Source of the DNA: a virus
Taxonomy: Duplodnaviria > Heunggongvirae > Uroviricota > Caudoviricetes
Length of the DNA stretch: 64,000 bases
Virus record (IMG/VR): IMGVR_UViG_3300031784_000007
Direction: 5' to 3' (one strand)
In this document: positions 40,640 to 50,627 of the stretch, piece after piece
Layout: each line of letters opens with the position of its first letter
Numbering within the stretch: the first letter of the stretch is position 1
Notes under the pieces: model-generated
What the model was told of the DNA's origin: nothing
Seen by the model: the letters and a program-made list of their open reading frames with translations, nothing else
Databases searched by the model: none
Program-made: the position numbers and the translations under genes

Positions 40640-41219
40640 AAAAGCGGTTTTAGAAGGATTGGAAACTGGTAAACAGTTACCACATAATGATAGATTAACA
40701 CAAGTATTTAATAACCTACTTAATATTGAAGATGGTTATTGCGTTGAAATAGGTGCGGGATACGGTGAAACTACTGTTAAATTATTAAACTCAGTTAAAA
40801 ACTATAAAATAATCGTTGTTGACCCATTTGAAGATGGTTGGGGTAGTATGCCTGAGTCCTACGGAAAACCATATCCATTTTTTCTTTTTCAAAATGCAAT
40901 TAAACAATTTTCAGATAAAGTAATATTAATTAAAAAATCATCTGATGATTCATCGGTTATTGATGAATTATTAAAATACAAACCAATAATTTTTTCATTT
41001 GTTGACGGATTACAATATACCGATAATGTATTGTACGATTTAAATATGATGGATAAATTAAATTGTAAAGTAATATGTGTTGACGATTATAATAGATTAA
41101 CTAACATTAGTCAGGTCCCTTTAGCAATTGAGGAATTTATAAAAAATAATAAAAATTATGATGTTGTTTATCAAAACGACAATAAAGAAATTTATTTAGT
41201 TAGAAATGAAAAAAATTAA
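40629..41219 (+). CDS. Class I SAM-dependent methyltransferase
   Basis: CVEIGAGYGETT, VVDPF, FVDG, VDDY. Confidence 0.75.
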   Translation: MNHKKAVLEGLETGKQLPHNDRLTQVFNNLLNIEDGYCVEIGAGYGETTVKLLNSVKNYKIIVVDPFEDGWGSMPESYGKPYPFFLFQNAIKQFSDKVILIKKSSDDSSVIDELLKYKPIIFSFVDGLQYTDNVLYDLNMMDKLNCKVICVDDYNRLTNISQVPLAIEEFIKNNKNYDVVYQNDNKEIYLVRNEKN

Positions 41220-41772
41220 ATATTTTAGATTTGATGATGTTTGTATTAATGCTGATATAGATTTGATAAACAAAATGACAACATTTATGTTTGAAAAATT
41301 TCCAGACTGTGTTGTATTGTACGGAGTATCACCATTAGTTCACGACATGAGTTATGAAAAGAATGATGTTGAGAAACAAAGAATTTTTCCAAGAATATTA
41401 AACGCGTTATCGGATTATAAAAACTTCTATAAGGTTGACATGGCTGGATTGCCTGAGTTTCACCCAAAAGCAACATTAGCAGCACATGGATTAATACATG
41501 TTGACCATAGATTATTACCAAAGTCAGTACAAGAAATTAGTATATTAATTAGTGCTAGTTTAGTTAAATCAAAAATATTTATTCCACCATTTAATAAATG
41601 GAATAAAGATACTGAAGAAATATGTGATGAACATGGAATTGAATTAGTTAAATTTGAAGACGGTTGGTTGAGTATGGAACATAACAATTTTTCTGATATT
41701 CATAATAAATGGTATCTTCATGCTAGAGAATTTGAGTATGAAGATTTTGTTAAATGGTTTGGAAATGTATAA
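41206..41772 (+). CDS. Polysaccharide deacetylase-like (NodB/DUF2334-like) protein
   Basis: FRFDDV, AHGLIH, FIPPFNKW. Confidence 0.65.
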   Translation: MKKIKYFRFDDVCINADIDLINKMTTFMFEKFPDCVVLYGVSPLVHDMSYEKNDVEKQRIFPRILNALSDYKNFYKVDMAGLPEFHPKATLAAHGLIHVDHRLLPKSVQEISILISASLVKSKIFIPPFNKWNKDTEEICDEHGIELVKFEDGWLSMEHNNFSDIHNKWYLHAREFEYEDFVKWFGNV

Positions 41773-42547
41773 AGTAGGTATTGTAGGTATGGGATTTGTG
41801 GGGAAAGCTGTGTTTCACGGTTTTTCTTTATTTTGTGAAACTAAAGGGTATGATATTGACCCTAAAAAAAGTACACATACTCTTGATGATGTTTTAAATT
41901 CTGATTTTGTTTTTGTTTGTTTGCCAACGCCAGAATCTTCAAATGGCTCAGCAGATTTAACCTACATACATGATTTTTTTAATTCGTTAGAAAATAAAAA
42001 TCCAATTTTTATTTTAAAATCAACAGTACCAATAGGGACAACATCTAATATTGAATCGTTGTATTCGGTTAAAATTGTTCATAGTCCAGAATTTTTATCC
42101 GCCAGAACCGCAGACATTGATTTTATAACATCTAATCGTGTTATTGTTGGTTCTAACAATTTAGAAATTTCATTAAAAGTTAACGAATTATTCACACAAA
42201 GATTTCCAGGTATTAATACTGTCACAACAACCCCAAATGAATCAGAATTAATTAAGTATTTTTTAAATTGTTTTTTCTCAACAAAAATAACATTCTTTAA
42301 TGAAATGAGATTATTATCCGATAAACTTAATTTAAGTTGGGATAGTATTATGAATGGTGTATTAAGTGATGGTAGAATTGAAAAAATGCACACGGATGTT
42401 CCTGGACATGACGGTAAATTTGGATTTGGTGGTGCTTGTTTTCCTAAAGACACAAAAGCCCTTAGAGACGTGTTTATTCAAAACCAAATTCAACCAATTG
42501 TTTTAGATTCAGTTATTAAACAAAATAGTATTATTAGACATGATTGA
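41765..42547 (+). CDS. UDP-glucose/GDP-mannose dehydrogenase family protein, short form
   Basis: GMGFVG (Rossmann), FVCLPTP, KSTVP.G, SPEFL, K...N, GFGGACFPKD (catalytic Cys). ATG at 41765. Confidence 0.88.
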   Translation: MYKVGIVGMGFVGKAVFHGFSLFCETKGYDIDPKKSTHTLDDVLNSDFVFVCLPTPESSNGSADLTYIHDFFNSLENKNPIFILKSTVPIGTTSNIESLYSVKIVHSPEFLSARTADIDFITSNRVIVGSNNLEISLKVNELFTQRFPGINTVTTTPNESELIKYFLNCFFSTKITFFNEMRLLSDKLNLSWDSIMNGVLSDGRIEKMHTDVPGHDGKFGFGGACFPKDTKALRDVFIQNQIQPIVLDSVIKQNSIIRHD

Positions 42548-43019
42548 ATTAAATGATATAAATTGGGGCGGTTCAGGAATTGAAAAATGTTTATACGATT
42601 TTTTAATTAATAAATTTCCTAAAGGAACTAAAATGTTAGAATTTGGTGGAGGTAAAGTATCAACAAATGTTTTTTCTAATTACTTTAATTTAACAACAGT
42701 TGAAGAAGATTTAGAATGGTTAAACATTTTTAAAAATAGGTACATTTATGCACCAATAAAAAATGATTGGTATGACAATGAAATATTATCTAAAGAATTA
42801 GATAATGATTATCAAGTTATTTTTGTTGATGGTCCATTAGGCGAAGGAAATCGTGTTGGATTATTAAATAATTTAAATTTATTTAATGAAAATATTACTT
42901 GGGTTTTTCATGATACATACAGAGTATCTGAAAAAAATTTAGCGACTGAATTCTCTGAAAAAACAAACAAAAAAATAACGTTTTATTCTGAGTGTGATTA
43001 TTGGGCAATTGTAGAATAA
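42540..43019 (+). CDS. SAM-dependent methyltransferase-like protein
   Basis: MLEFGGG..T, TVEED, IFVDGP, HDT. Confidence 0.65.
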   Translation: MIELNDINWGGSGIEKCLYDFLINKFPKGTKMLEFGGGKVSTNVFSNYFNLTTVEEDLEWLNIFKNRYIYAPIKNDWYDNEILSKELDNDYQVIFVDGPLGEGNRVGLLNNLNLFNENITWVFHDTYRVSEKNLATEFSEKTNKKITFYSECDYWAIVE

Positions 43020-43020
43020 T

Positions 43021-43587
43021 ATGAAAATATCTATACACCAACCTAATTTTATGCCTTGGTTACCATTTTTCAAAAAAATTGAAATTGTTGATAAATTTGT
43101 TATTTTACAAAATTGCCAATTTGAAAAAAACAATTTTCAAAATAGATTTAATATTGAAGACAAGTGGTATACCTTAAGTACCAATAGAGGATTAGAACCA
43201 ATTATAAATAAAAAATATGTTAATCATGTTAAAGATTGGTTAAAAATTAAAAACAATCTTAAAGACTATAAAGAAGTTTTAGACATGTTTGATGATTGTA
43301 TTACTGAAAATTTATCAGAAACAAATTCTAAAATTATAAAAAAAGTTTGTAATATGTTAGATATTAAAACTGAAATTGTGTTTGATTACCCGACTGATTT
43401 AAAATCAACGGAAAGGTTACTTGATATCTGTGTTAAACATGGCGCAACTGAATATGTTGCGGGAAGTAGTGGAAAAAAATACATGGACATTAAATTATTT
43501 GAAGATAGAAACATTAATGTAATTTTTCAGTCAACAAATAAAGAAGATATGATACCAATAGTTGAGGTATTAAAAAAACAACTTTAA
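43021..43587 (+). CDS. WbqC-like protein
   Basis: IHQPNFMPW..FF.KI, QF..N.FQNR, TERLLDIC...GA..Y..G.SG..Y. Confidence 0.82.
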   Translation: MKISIHQPNFMPWLPFFKKIEIVDKFVILQNCQFEKNNFQNRFNIEDKWYTLSTNRGLEPIINKKYVNHVKDWLKIKNNLKDYKEVLDMFDDCITENLSETNSKIIKKVCNMLDIKTEIVFDYPTDLKSTERLLDICVKHGATEYVAGSSGKKYMDIKLFEDRNINVIFQSTNKEDMIPIVEVLKKQL

Positions 43588-43617
43588 TTTTTAAAAAAAA
43601 ATAATACTTTATATATA

Positions 43618-44364
43618 ATGGATAAAAAACCTAGAAGAACCCCTACAGTATCTGTAGAAGACTCAAACCAACAACACAAATCAAAAAAAGAAATTATCGG
43701 TACTTTGATTAAGAAAAAAACAAAAGATAAATTTTTATCAGATAGTCAAAAAGAGTATTATGAAATATTACAAAACAATCAGATAACAATTTGTTCAGGT
43801 CCTGCAGGTGTAGGTAAATCATATATTGCAATGAAAGCCGCAATTGATTTATTAGCCGACCCCAACAATTCTTACGAAAAATTAATTATTGTAAGACCCG
43901 CAGTTGAAGCCGAGGAAAAACTTGGTTCACTACCTGGGAATGTTGAAGAAAAATTAGACCCGTATATTTTTCCGTCTTACTATCTTTTAAATAAAATTAT
44001 TGGAAAAGATGTTAGGGAAAAATTAAAAAATATGGAAATTATTGAAGTTTTCGCCTTGGCTTATATGAGAGGTATGAACATTGATAACTCAATTCTTATT
44101 TTTGAAGAAGCACAAAACTGTACACCAAAACAAATGAAACTTCTTTTAACAAGAATTGGTTTTAACAGTAAATTTTTTATATCTGGTGATTTAGAACAAA
44201 CTGACCGATATAAGGACAAAACACATTCAGGACTATGGGACGCTTTAGAAAAGTTTAAAAACATTGATGATATAGGAACTTTTACATTTAAAGATTCTGA
44301 CATTGTTAGAAATGCGATAATTACAAAAATATTAAAAAAATACGAAGATGAAGTTCGCTTTTGA
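43618..44364 (+). CDS. phoH: PhoH-like ATPase
   Basis: GPAGVGKS, RPAVE..EKLGSLPG..EK, AYMRG, EEAQN, GDLEQTD. Confidence 0.93.
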   Translation: MDKKPRRTPTVSVEDSNQQHKSKKEIIGTLIKKKTKDKFLSDSQKEYYEILQNNQITICSGPAGVGKSYIAMKAAIDLLADPNNSYEKLIIVRPAVEAEEKLGSLPGNVEEKLDPYIFPSYYLLNKIIGKDVREKLKNMEIIEVFALAYMRGMNIDNSILIFEEAQNCTPKQMKLLLTRIGFNSKFFISGDLEQTDRYKDKTHSGLWDALEKFKNIDDIGTFTFKDSDIVRNAIITKILKKYEDEVRF

Positions 44365-44959
44365 TACCGATGAAGTTTTAAGAGACACAATCTCTAAAAT
44401 GAAAGCTACTTATGAAAAGTTTTTTATTGAGGACTATGTTTCTGAAGAAGGTGAAGAAGAGTTTGAGTATAAAATAATTGAACCAATTACTTCACACAAA
44501 TTTTCAGAACATTTTTTATTCCCATCTGAAAGTGACTATATTAATTTTTTATACTTGGATTTCCCAATGAATATTTTTGGTCACTCACCATCAATGTCGG
44601 CAAATACATTTAACACTTTTTCTGAAATTCAAAAAAATGTTTTATCTAAAAGAGACAAATTAAGTGTTATAGGAATGGGTGTGGCAAAAATAAAACCAGC
44701 ATCATTATTTTTTTACTCAAAATATGGTATGGAAGTAGACAACATACAATTTTACAATAAAAAAACCATCAAAAAAATATGGTCTAAATTTGATGTTATA
44801 GTTACAGCAAACCCAGATTTACTTGAAATTAAACCAAAAAACAAAACATCAATTAAAATAAACACGGATTATAACCAAAACTATGAGTCTGATTATTCAA
44901 TTGATTCTATTGAAGGTTTTACTTCGGTATATAATCAATTAAAATTAAAACATGCTTAA
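44348..44959 (+). CDS. 5'(3')-deoxyribonucleotidase-like HAD protein
   Basis: FAFDTDEVLRD motif I; C-terminal K...YN. Confidence 0.55.
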   Translation: MKFAFDTDEVLRDTISKMKATYEKFFIEDYVSEEGEEEFEYKIIEPITSHKFSEHFLFPSESDYINFLYLDFPMNIFGHSPSMSANTFNTFSEIQKNVLSKRDKLSVIGMGVAKIKPASLFFYSKYGMEVDNIQFYNKKTIKKIWSKFDVIVTANPDLLEIKPKNKTSIKINTDYNQNYESDYSIDSIEGFTSVYNQLKLKHA

Positions 44960-45218
44960 TATATTTGGAGAAACATATCACATTGATTTTGATAAAATTG
45001 AGAATTTAATTTCTATAAAACAAACAGACACTGGTGATACTAAACAAAATGTTAGTATCGTTAAATTTGAACTTATTAAAACAATGTTAGATGTTGTTCT
45101 TTCAGAGTCGGGTGAAATTGATGAAAAGATGGGTTTAAAAGGTAGTAATGATTTAACTATTCCCTTTAAAATTGCTTTTAATACATTATTAAGATACGAA
45201 ATATTACAAACATTATGA
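44952..45218 (+). CDS. Hypothetical protein
   Basis: 88-aa coupled ORF. Confidence 0.6.
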   Translation: MLNIFGETYHIDFDKIENLISIKQTDTGDTKQNVSIVKFELIKTMLDVVLSESGEIDEKMGLKGSNDLTIPFKIAFNTLLRYEILQTL

Positions 45219-46270
45219 ACACAGAACTTATAACAAAATTAGAATTATCAATTAGTAATTTGGAAGAAAAAAAATCAAGAATATATTTTTTAGTTCAAGA
45301 TACTAAAGGTAACGCCAAAGCTTCTATTAGAGTAATTTATGAAATGGCTTACCATTTATTTGAAAATGGTTACAACGCAATTATTATGCATGAACAAACT
45401 GACTATAAAGGTGTTTCATCTTGGTTAGATGAAAAATACATGTCATTACCACACAAACCAATTGAGGGACAAAACTTAGAAATTTCACCTGAAGATTTTA
45501 TGATAATTCCTGAATTATATGGACACGTAATGGAACAAGTTTCAAAATTTCCATGTGGTAAGATTGTATTATGTCAATCATATGATTACATAATGGAAAC
45601 ATTAAGTCCCGGTACATCTTGGTCACAATACGGATTTTTAAAGTGTATCACAACTAGCGAAGAACAAAAAAAATATTTGGAAAAAATAATGAAAAATGTT
45701 TCATTTGATGTTATTGAACCAACAATTTCAAATTCATTCGAAAGAAAACCAATACCGTCAAAACCAATAGTGTCTGTTCACACAAGAGACCAAAGGGACA
45801 CTATGAAGTTGATTAAAACTTTTTATTTAAAATACCCACAATTTAGATGGATTACTTTTAGAGATATGAGAGGTTTGAGTGAATTAGAATTTGCAACAAT
45901 ACTAAAAGACTCTTTTGTGTCTATATGGGTTGATGACATTTCAGGTCTTGGGACATATCCATTAGAATCAATGAAAACAGGTACACCTGTGATTGGAAAA
46001 ATACCTAATTTAAAACCTGATTGGATGAATGAACACAATGGTATTTGGACAAATGATACAATAAACATGGTTGATATATTAGCGGAATTTACACAAAACT
46101 GGCTTGAGGATAACATTTCAGAAAAACTTTACGAATCAGGTTATGAAACAGCTGAAAAATTTACAAATACTGATGATTTCAAATCAAAAGTTTTAGAACG
46201 TTTTTCATCATATATAAACACGAGATTAAGTAATTTTAATTCTCAATTAGAAAAATTAAAAACAAATTAA
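45215..46270 (+). CDS. Glycosyltransferase, GT-B-like
   Basis: DFMIIPE, SGLGTYPLESMKTGTPVIG. Confidence 0.7.
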   Translation: MNTELITKLELSISNLEEKKSRIYFLVQDTKGNAKASIRVIYEMAYHLFENGYNAIIMHEQTDYKGVSSWLDEKYMSLPHKPIEGQNLEISPEDFMIIPELYGHVMEQVSKFPCGKIVLCQSYDYIMETLSPGTSWSQYGFLKCITTSEEQKKYLEKIMKNVSFDVIEPTISNSFERKPIPSKPIVSVHTRDQRDTMKLIKTFYLKYPQFRWITFRDMRGLSELEFATILKDSFVSIWVDDISGLGTYPLESMKTGTPVIGKIPNLKPDWMNEHNGIWTNDTINMVDILAEFTQNWLEDNISEKLYESGYETAEKFTNTDDFKSKVLERFSSYINTRLSNFNSQLEKLKTN

Positions 46271-46272
46271 TT

Positions 46273-47082
46273 ATGGAAAATAAAGTAGATATTTCAGTTA
46301 TATTACCAATCGCATCATCATTTGGAAAAGATTTTGACATTCTTTTTGAAAAAGCGATTGACTCAATAAAAAAACAACAAGTTTCAATTAATGAACTTAT
46401 TATTGTTCATTCGGATGAAGAATCATTATGTACTAAATTAAATTCATTTGATTTTGGTGATTTAAATGTTGTTAAAGTATTAAACACATCAGAACATACT
46501 GATTACGCATCACAAGTTAATCTTGGTGTCAAAAACGCATCATCAACATGGGTTAGTTTCTTTGAACACGATGATGAATATTCGTTTATATGGTTTAAAA
46601 ATGTGAATGATTATATTAAATACCACCCTGAGTGTGATGGATTTTTACCAATCGTTGTTGATGTTGATGAAACAGATGTATTCGCGGGATACACAAATGA
46701 AGCAACATTTGCGGCTTCATTCAACACTGAAATTGGTATTCTAACTAATGAATTGTTAAATCAATATCAAAATTTCCAAACAAGTGGAATGGTTGTTAAA
46801 AAATCAATTTTGGATAATTTTGGTGGTTTTAAAAAATCAATGAAACTAACATTTGTTTATGAATTTTTATTAAGATTGACATATAACTCAGCAAGAATAA
46901 TGACTATTCCAAGATTGGGATACAAACATGCTAACATGAGAGAATCATCAATTTTTTGGGGATATAAAAACGGAAAAAATGTTTTGACCGACAACGAGGT
47001 TAAGTTTTGGATTGATACAGCAAAAAAAGAATATTTTTTTACAAATGACCGTGACATAAAATACGAAGAAACCACTAATTAA
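46273..47082 (+). CDS. Glycosyltransferase family 2
   Basis: ISVILPI, ELIIV, NLGV, FFEHDDEY, YEFLLRL. Confidence 0.8.
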   Translation: MENKVDISVILPIASSFGKDFDILFEKAIDSIKKQQVSINELIIVHSDEESLCTKLNSFDFGDLNVVKVLNTSEHTDYASQVNLGVKNASSTWVSFFEHDDEYSFIWFKNVNDYIKYHPECDGFLPIVVDVDETDVFAGYTNEATFAASFNTEIGILTNELLNQYQNFQTSGMVVKKSILDNFGGFKKSMKLTFVYEFLLRLTYNSARIMTIPRLGYKHANMRESSIFWGYKNGKNVLTDNEVKFWIDTAKKEYFFTNDRDIKYEETTN

Positions 47083-47837
47083 TGATAGTTTCCGAAACAA
47101 TTCCAAGCGGGAACACTGAATCCGCAGACTCAAAACGCAGTAAAAAAATTAAGTCAAATAATTATTTTGACGTAAGAGAAGAGACTGCGGTTGTTATGTT
47201 TTTGGAAGCTGAAACTATGAAAGAAAGAAACGAAATTTATAATGAGTTTCTTAAAAAACCAATAGAAAAAATGGTTTCTTCTATAATTAGAAGATACAAA
47301 TTATATAGAAAGGACATGTCATTTGATGAAATATTAAATGACACCCATTCTTTTTTAATTACAAAATCAGACAAGTTCAAACCAGATAAGAACAAAAAAG
47401 CATATTCTTATTTTGGTACGATTTGTAAAAATTATTTGATGGGTCAAATTATAAAAGACCAAAAGGATACCAATAGAAAAGTATCTTATGAAGATATTTC
47501 ATCTAGTTTAGAAGAAAGACCTGATTTGGTGTATTACATTGAAGATGACATAATTGAAACTGATAAAATAATAATAGATTATATCGCTCAACTAAAAACG
47601 TTCATTGACGTATCATCATTAAACGAAAATGAGGTTAAATTAGGTTATGCTTTGTTAGAATTATTTGAAAATTATGATTCAATTTTTGTTGGTAATGATA
47701 ACAAAAAATTTAACAAAAATTTGGTTTTAATGTCAATTCGTGAAATGACAAACCTTTCAACAAAAGAAATTAGATTAAGTATGAAAAAATACAAAAAACT
47801 ATATTTTGATTTTGTTAAAAGTATTGATAACAGATAA
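47082..47837 (+). CDS. Phage sigma factor (T4 gp55-like late sigma)
   Basis: Region-2-like KFKPDKNKKAYSYFGTICKNYL; directly precedes a late-motif gene. Confidence 0.6.
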   Translation: MIVSETIPSGNTESADSKRSKKIKSNNYFDVREETAVVMFLEAETMKERNEIYNEFLKKPIEKMVSSIIRRYKLYRKDMSFDEILNDTHSFLITKSDKFKPDKNKKAYSYFGTICKNYLMGQIIKDQKDTNRKVSYEDISSSLEERPDLVYYIEDDIIETDKIIIDYIAQLKTFIDVSSLNENEVKLGYALLELFENYDSIFVGNDNKKFNKNLVLMSIREMTNLSTKEIRLSMKKYKKLYFDFVKSIDNR

Positions 47838-47851
47838 AATCCGTTGTTAAA

Positions 47852-47859
47852 TATTTATA
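47852..47859 (+). promoter_or_regulatory. Late motif TATTTATA
   Basis: 3 nt before ATG 47863, immediately after the sigma gene. Confidence 0.65.
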
Positions 47860-47862
47860 AGT

Positions 47863-48240
47863 ATGTCTAGACCGAAGAAAAAAGAAATATCATTAAATAA
47901 AGAATCTGTATTATCATTAATGCAGGAAATATATAATGAGCTTGTTGAACAAAGAGCAACCGCATTAAGAATTCAAAACAAAATGTTGGCTTTAATGAAG
48001 GATTCTTCAGACATGGCAATCATTGGACCAATTATTAAAGAACAACAAAAAATAATTAATGATACTGTTGAGAAAAAATTAACATTATCAAAACTACAGT
48101 CGACTGTTTGGGAAAAGTCACAACAAAAAAACAATGAAGAAAATTTCTCAATGTCAGATATTGATGACGCATTAATTCAAGACTTACTTAAAAAAGACAT
48201 ATCAGACGAAGGTTCAGGCGGATATAAACTTAATAAATAA
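47863..48240 (+). CDS. Hypothetical coiled-coil late protein
   Basis: 125 aa; TATTTATA 3 nt upstream. Confidence 0.6.
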   Translation: MSRPKKKEISLNKESVLSLMQEIYNELVEQRATALRIQNKMLALMKDSSDMAIIGPIIKEQQKIINDTVEKKLTLSKLQSTVWEKSQQKNNEENFSMSDIDDALIQDLLKKDISDEGSGGYKLNK

Positions 48241-48249
48241 TTTAATATT

Positions 48250-50430
48250 ATGGCTGAAGAAACACCTTCCGAAGGACACGATAAAGTTAGGAAAAAAATT
48301 AATGTTTACAAAACCGCTGTAGATGTCAATAAAAAACAAAAAGCGCTCAAGAAAAAAAAGAAAGCTCTTAATACAACTGTTGACAATGCTGAAGGTAAGT
48401 TTAAATCTAAGATTGAATCTTATAGTCAAAAAACTAAAGACGCACCAAAACAATTTAAAGAGGCCGCGAGAAATCAATTATCACAATTAATTGAAACTTT
48501 CAAAATGTCGGCATCTGACGGTGAAGACCCAAGTTCTAATTCTGAAACTGAAACAATTGATGTAAATAAATTAAAAAAGGAAGAAGCAGAATTAGAGGCA
48601 GAGTTAAAAGAAGAACAAGCTAAAACACCAAAACCAGACGCAAGAATAGCTGAAATTAAATCACAACTTAAAGAGTTAGATAAAGAAATTGGTAAGGCAA
48701 ATTTTAGTCAACTTAAAATAAATACACCAAAAAACGCGACCGAAGCCTTAAGAAATACCTTTATTCAAACGGTCAATAGAACCAAAGAAAGATTACAAGA
48801 AGTTTTATCTAAGGAAATGGTATCAGCCTTAGGTTGTTCACAAGAACAAAATTACGAAACTAACAAACCACTTTACATTAAAGTTTTGTGTATTGATGTG
48901 TTTGGTAAAACATTACAAACAGACCCTAATACCTCACCAGGTCAATACATCTATGAGGTTAATCCCTTTAACCCCAAAAAACGACCATACTCATTTAACA
49001 GAGAATTATATAATAGATTACAAAATCCTGGTAAGAGTTATAAAGAAGAATACAATGTAAATTTTTTGGGTGCGACAAACCAAGAATTATTTAATATAAC
49101 GTATGTTAAAGACCCCACACAAATAGATGGAAAACAATTGTATGGTGACTATTATAAAGTTGAATTGTCACCAAGAGTAAGTGGTGAAAAAGTAGTTGAT
49201 TTTTTAAATGATTATTTAAATTCAATAGACATTTTAAACTTTAATGAACTTTACAGTAACGTATTGAACTTATTAACAGGGTCAATCAATATTAAATTAA
49301 AAACAGGTGAAGATGATTTGAGAAGTCAAACTGAGTTTGAAAAAATATTACAAAGAATACTTGGTTTATGTTTTGACAATAAACAAGAAATTGATGTAAG
49401 TGGTTCAGGGAAACTAGACTCTTTAGACCAAATTGACGATAGTTTTTTTGTTTTAAGTCCTCAAGAAATGGTGGAAGTTGAAAACAAAGTAAAAAATGTC
49501 TTGGAAAGTGTGGTTCAATACAGGGATTGTGGTACACTTTTACTACCTGTTAACGCAGACGCTAATTTAGGTTTGTTAGACAAATTTTTAAATCCTGATG
49601 TAAACGCATCAAATGCTGATAGGATTGCTCAAGATTTATTGGATGAACTTTCCAAAAACCCAGATTGGAAAATTAGATTTCCTCAGTTGGATGTGCCAGA
49701 CAAGTTAAGGGACATTATCAATACTGAATTTTTAGAATTGATTCCAATTGCTATATTTAATTCATTATTATCACCAAAACACTTATTTCCATTAATGGTT
49801 ATGGCGAAAGCACTTCAAAATGAATATGTCGATAATATTGAAACCCTACAAGATTTCCTACGTGAATTTAGGAAATTTATCATTAATTTACAGTCCAAAA
49901 TATCGGGAATATTTGTTGAGGAGTTAGTCAAACAAATTCGTAAAAATATTAAGGATTTGATGCAAACAATTGTACAACAAACAACAAATGAATTATTAAA
50001 TAAAAAAGCGAAAATTATATTAGCAAGTATTAATTTAGCGTTAACATTAGCAACCGCAATTACTGATTATAGAAGATGTAAGAGCATTATTGAAGAGTTA
50101 CAAAGAATGTTATCTTTAACTTTGCAAATTAGGGGTTTAGCGGGAAATAGTGTTCCCACTTTGATTAACTATTTGGCAAATTTAAAACCAGGTATGTCAC
50201 CGACATCGTTACTTACAAGATTTATCGATAAGTTAGAAGAAGCTGGCGTTCCAACAGGTGATTTGCCAGATGGAGGTCCAAATTTGAGTTTAATAATTCA
50301 ACAATCTTTTAACCAATCGTTAATTGATGAGATTGCTGAAAATGGAAAAACAGATGTTACCATAACTGGTATTGAAGTTGCTGATTTGTCAGCAAAAGGA
50401 TTTACCAAAGTATCAGGAAATTTATTATAA
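48250..50430 (+). CDS. Hypothetical large helical protein, probably structural
   Basis: 726-aa ORF in the spike operon. Confidence 0.55.
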   Translation: MAEETPSEGHDKVRKKINVYKTAVDVNKKQKALKKKKKALNTTVDNAEGKFKSKIESYSQKTKDAPKQFKEAARNQLSQLIETFKMSASDGEDPSSNSETETIDVNKLKKEEAELEAELKEEQAKTPKPDARIAEIKSQLKELDKEIGKANFSQLKINTPKNATEALRNTFIQTVNRTKERLQEVLSKEMVSALGCSQEQNYETNKPLYIKVLCIDVFGKTLQTDPNTSPGQYIYEVNPFNPKKRPYSFNRELYNRLQNPGKSYKEEYNVNFLGATNQELFNITYVKDPTQIDGKQLYGDYYKVELSPRVSGEKVVDFLNDYLNSIDILNFNELYSNVLNLLTGSINIKLKTGEDDLRSQTEFEKILQRILGLCFDNKQEIDVSGSGKLDSLDQIDDSFFVLSPQEMVEVENKVKNVLESVVQYRDCGTLLLPVNADANLGLLDKFLNPDVNASNADRIAQDLLDELSKNPDWKIRFPQLDVPDKLRDIINTEFLELIPIAIFNSLLSPKHLFPLMVMAKALQNEYVDNIETLQDFLREFRKFIINLQSKISGIFVEELVKQIRKNIKDLMQTIVQQTTNELLNKKAKIILASINLALTLATAITDYRRCKSIIEELQRMLSLTLQIRGLAGNSVPTLINYLANLKPGMSPTSLLTRFIDKLEEAGVPTGDLPDGGPNLSLIIQQSFNQSLIDEIAENGKTDVTITGIEVADLSAKGFTKVSGNLL

Positions 50431-50627
50431 TGGAACCGAGTAAAATTAAAGAAATTATCAGTGAACCAAAAAATCAATCAAATATTGATTTAATGGAATG
50501 TATGGATTTTTTATCTAATGAACATGAACAATTAAAAGACACAATTTTAAAATTAACATATCATTTAGATGAAGTTGAATTTTCATACAATAAAATTTTA
50601 GAAGAATACAAAAATAGAACCAAATGA
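50430..50627 (+). CDS. Hypothetical coiled-coil protein
   Basis: 65-aa coupled ORF. Confidence 0.55.
   Translation: MEPSKIKEIISEPKNQSNIDLMECMDFLSNEHEQLKDTILKLTYHLDEVEFSYNKILEEYKNRTK

Noticed and set aside
10944-41764. Several track start codons (10944, 17712, 21118, 35081, 37641, 41720, and 60586 outside this span)
   Set aside because: Downstream ATGs fit better with motif position, terminators and translational coupling.
33183-47082. Gtr-type host O-antigen seroconversion cassette
   Set aside because: No evident bactoprenol glycosyltransferase/flippase or multi-pass membrane transferase in the cluster.
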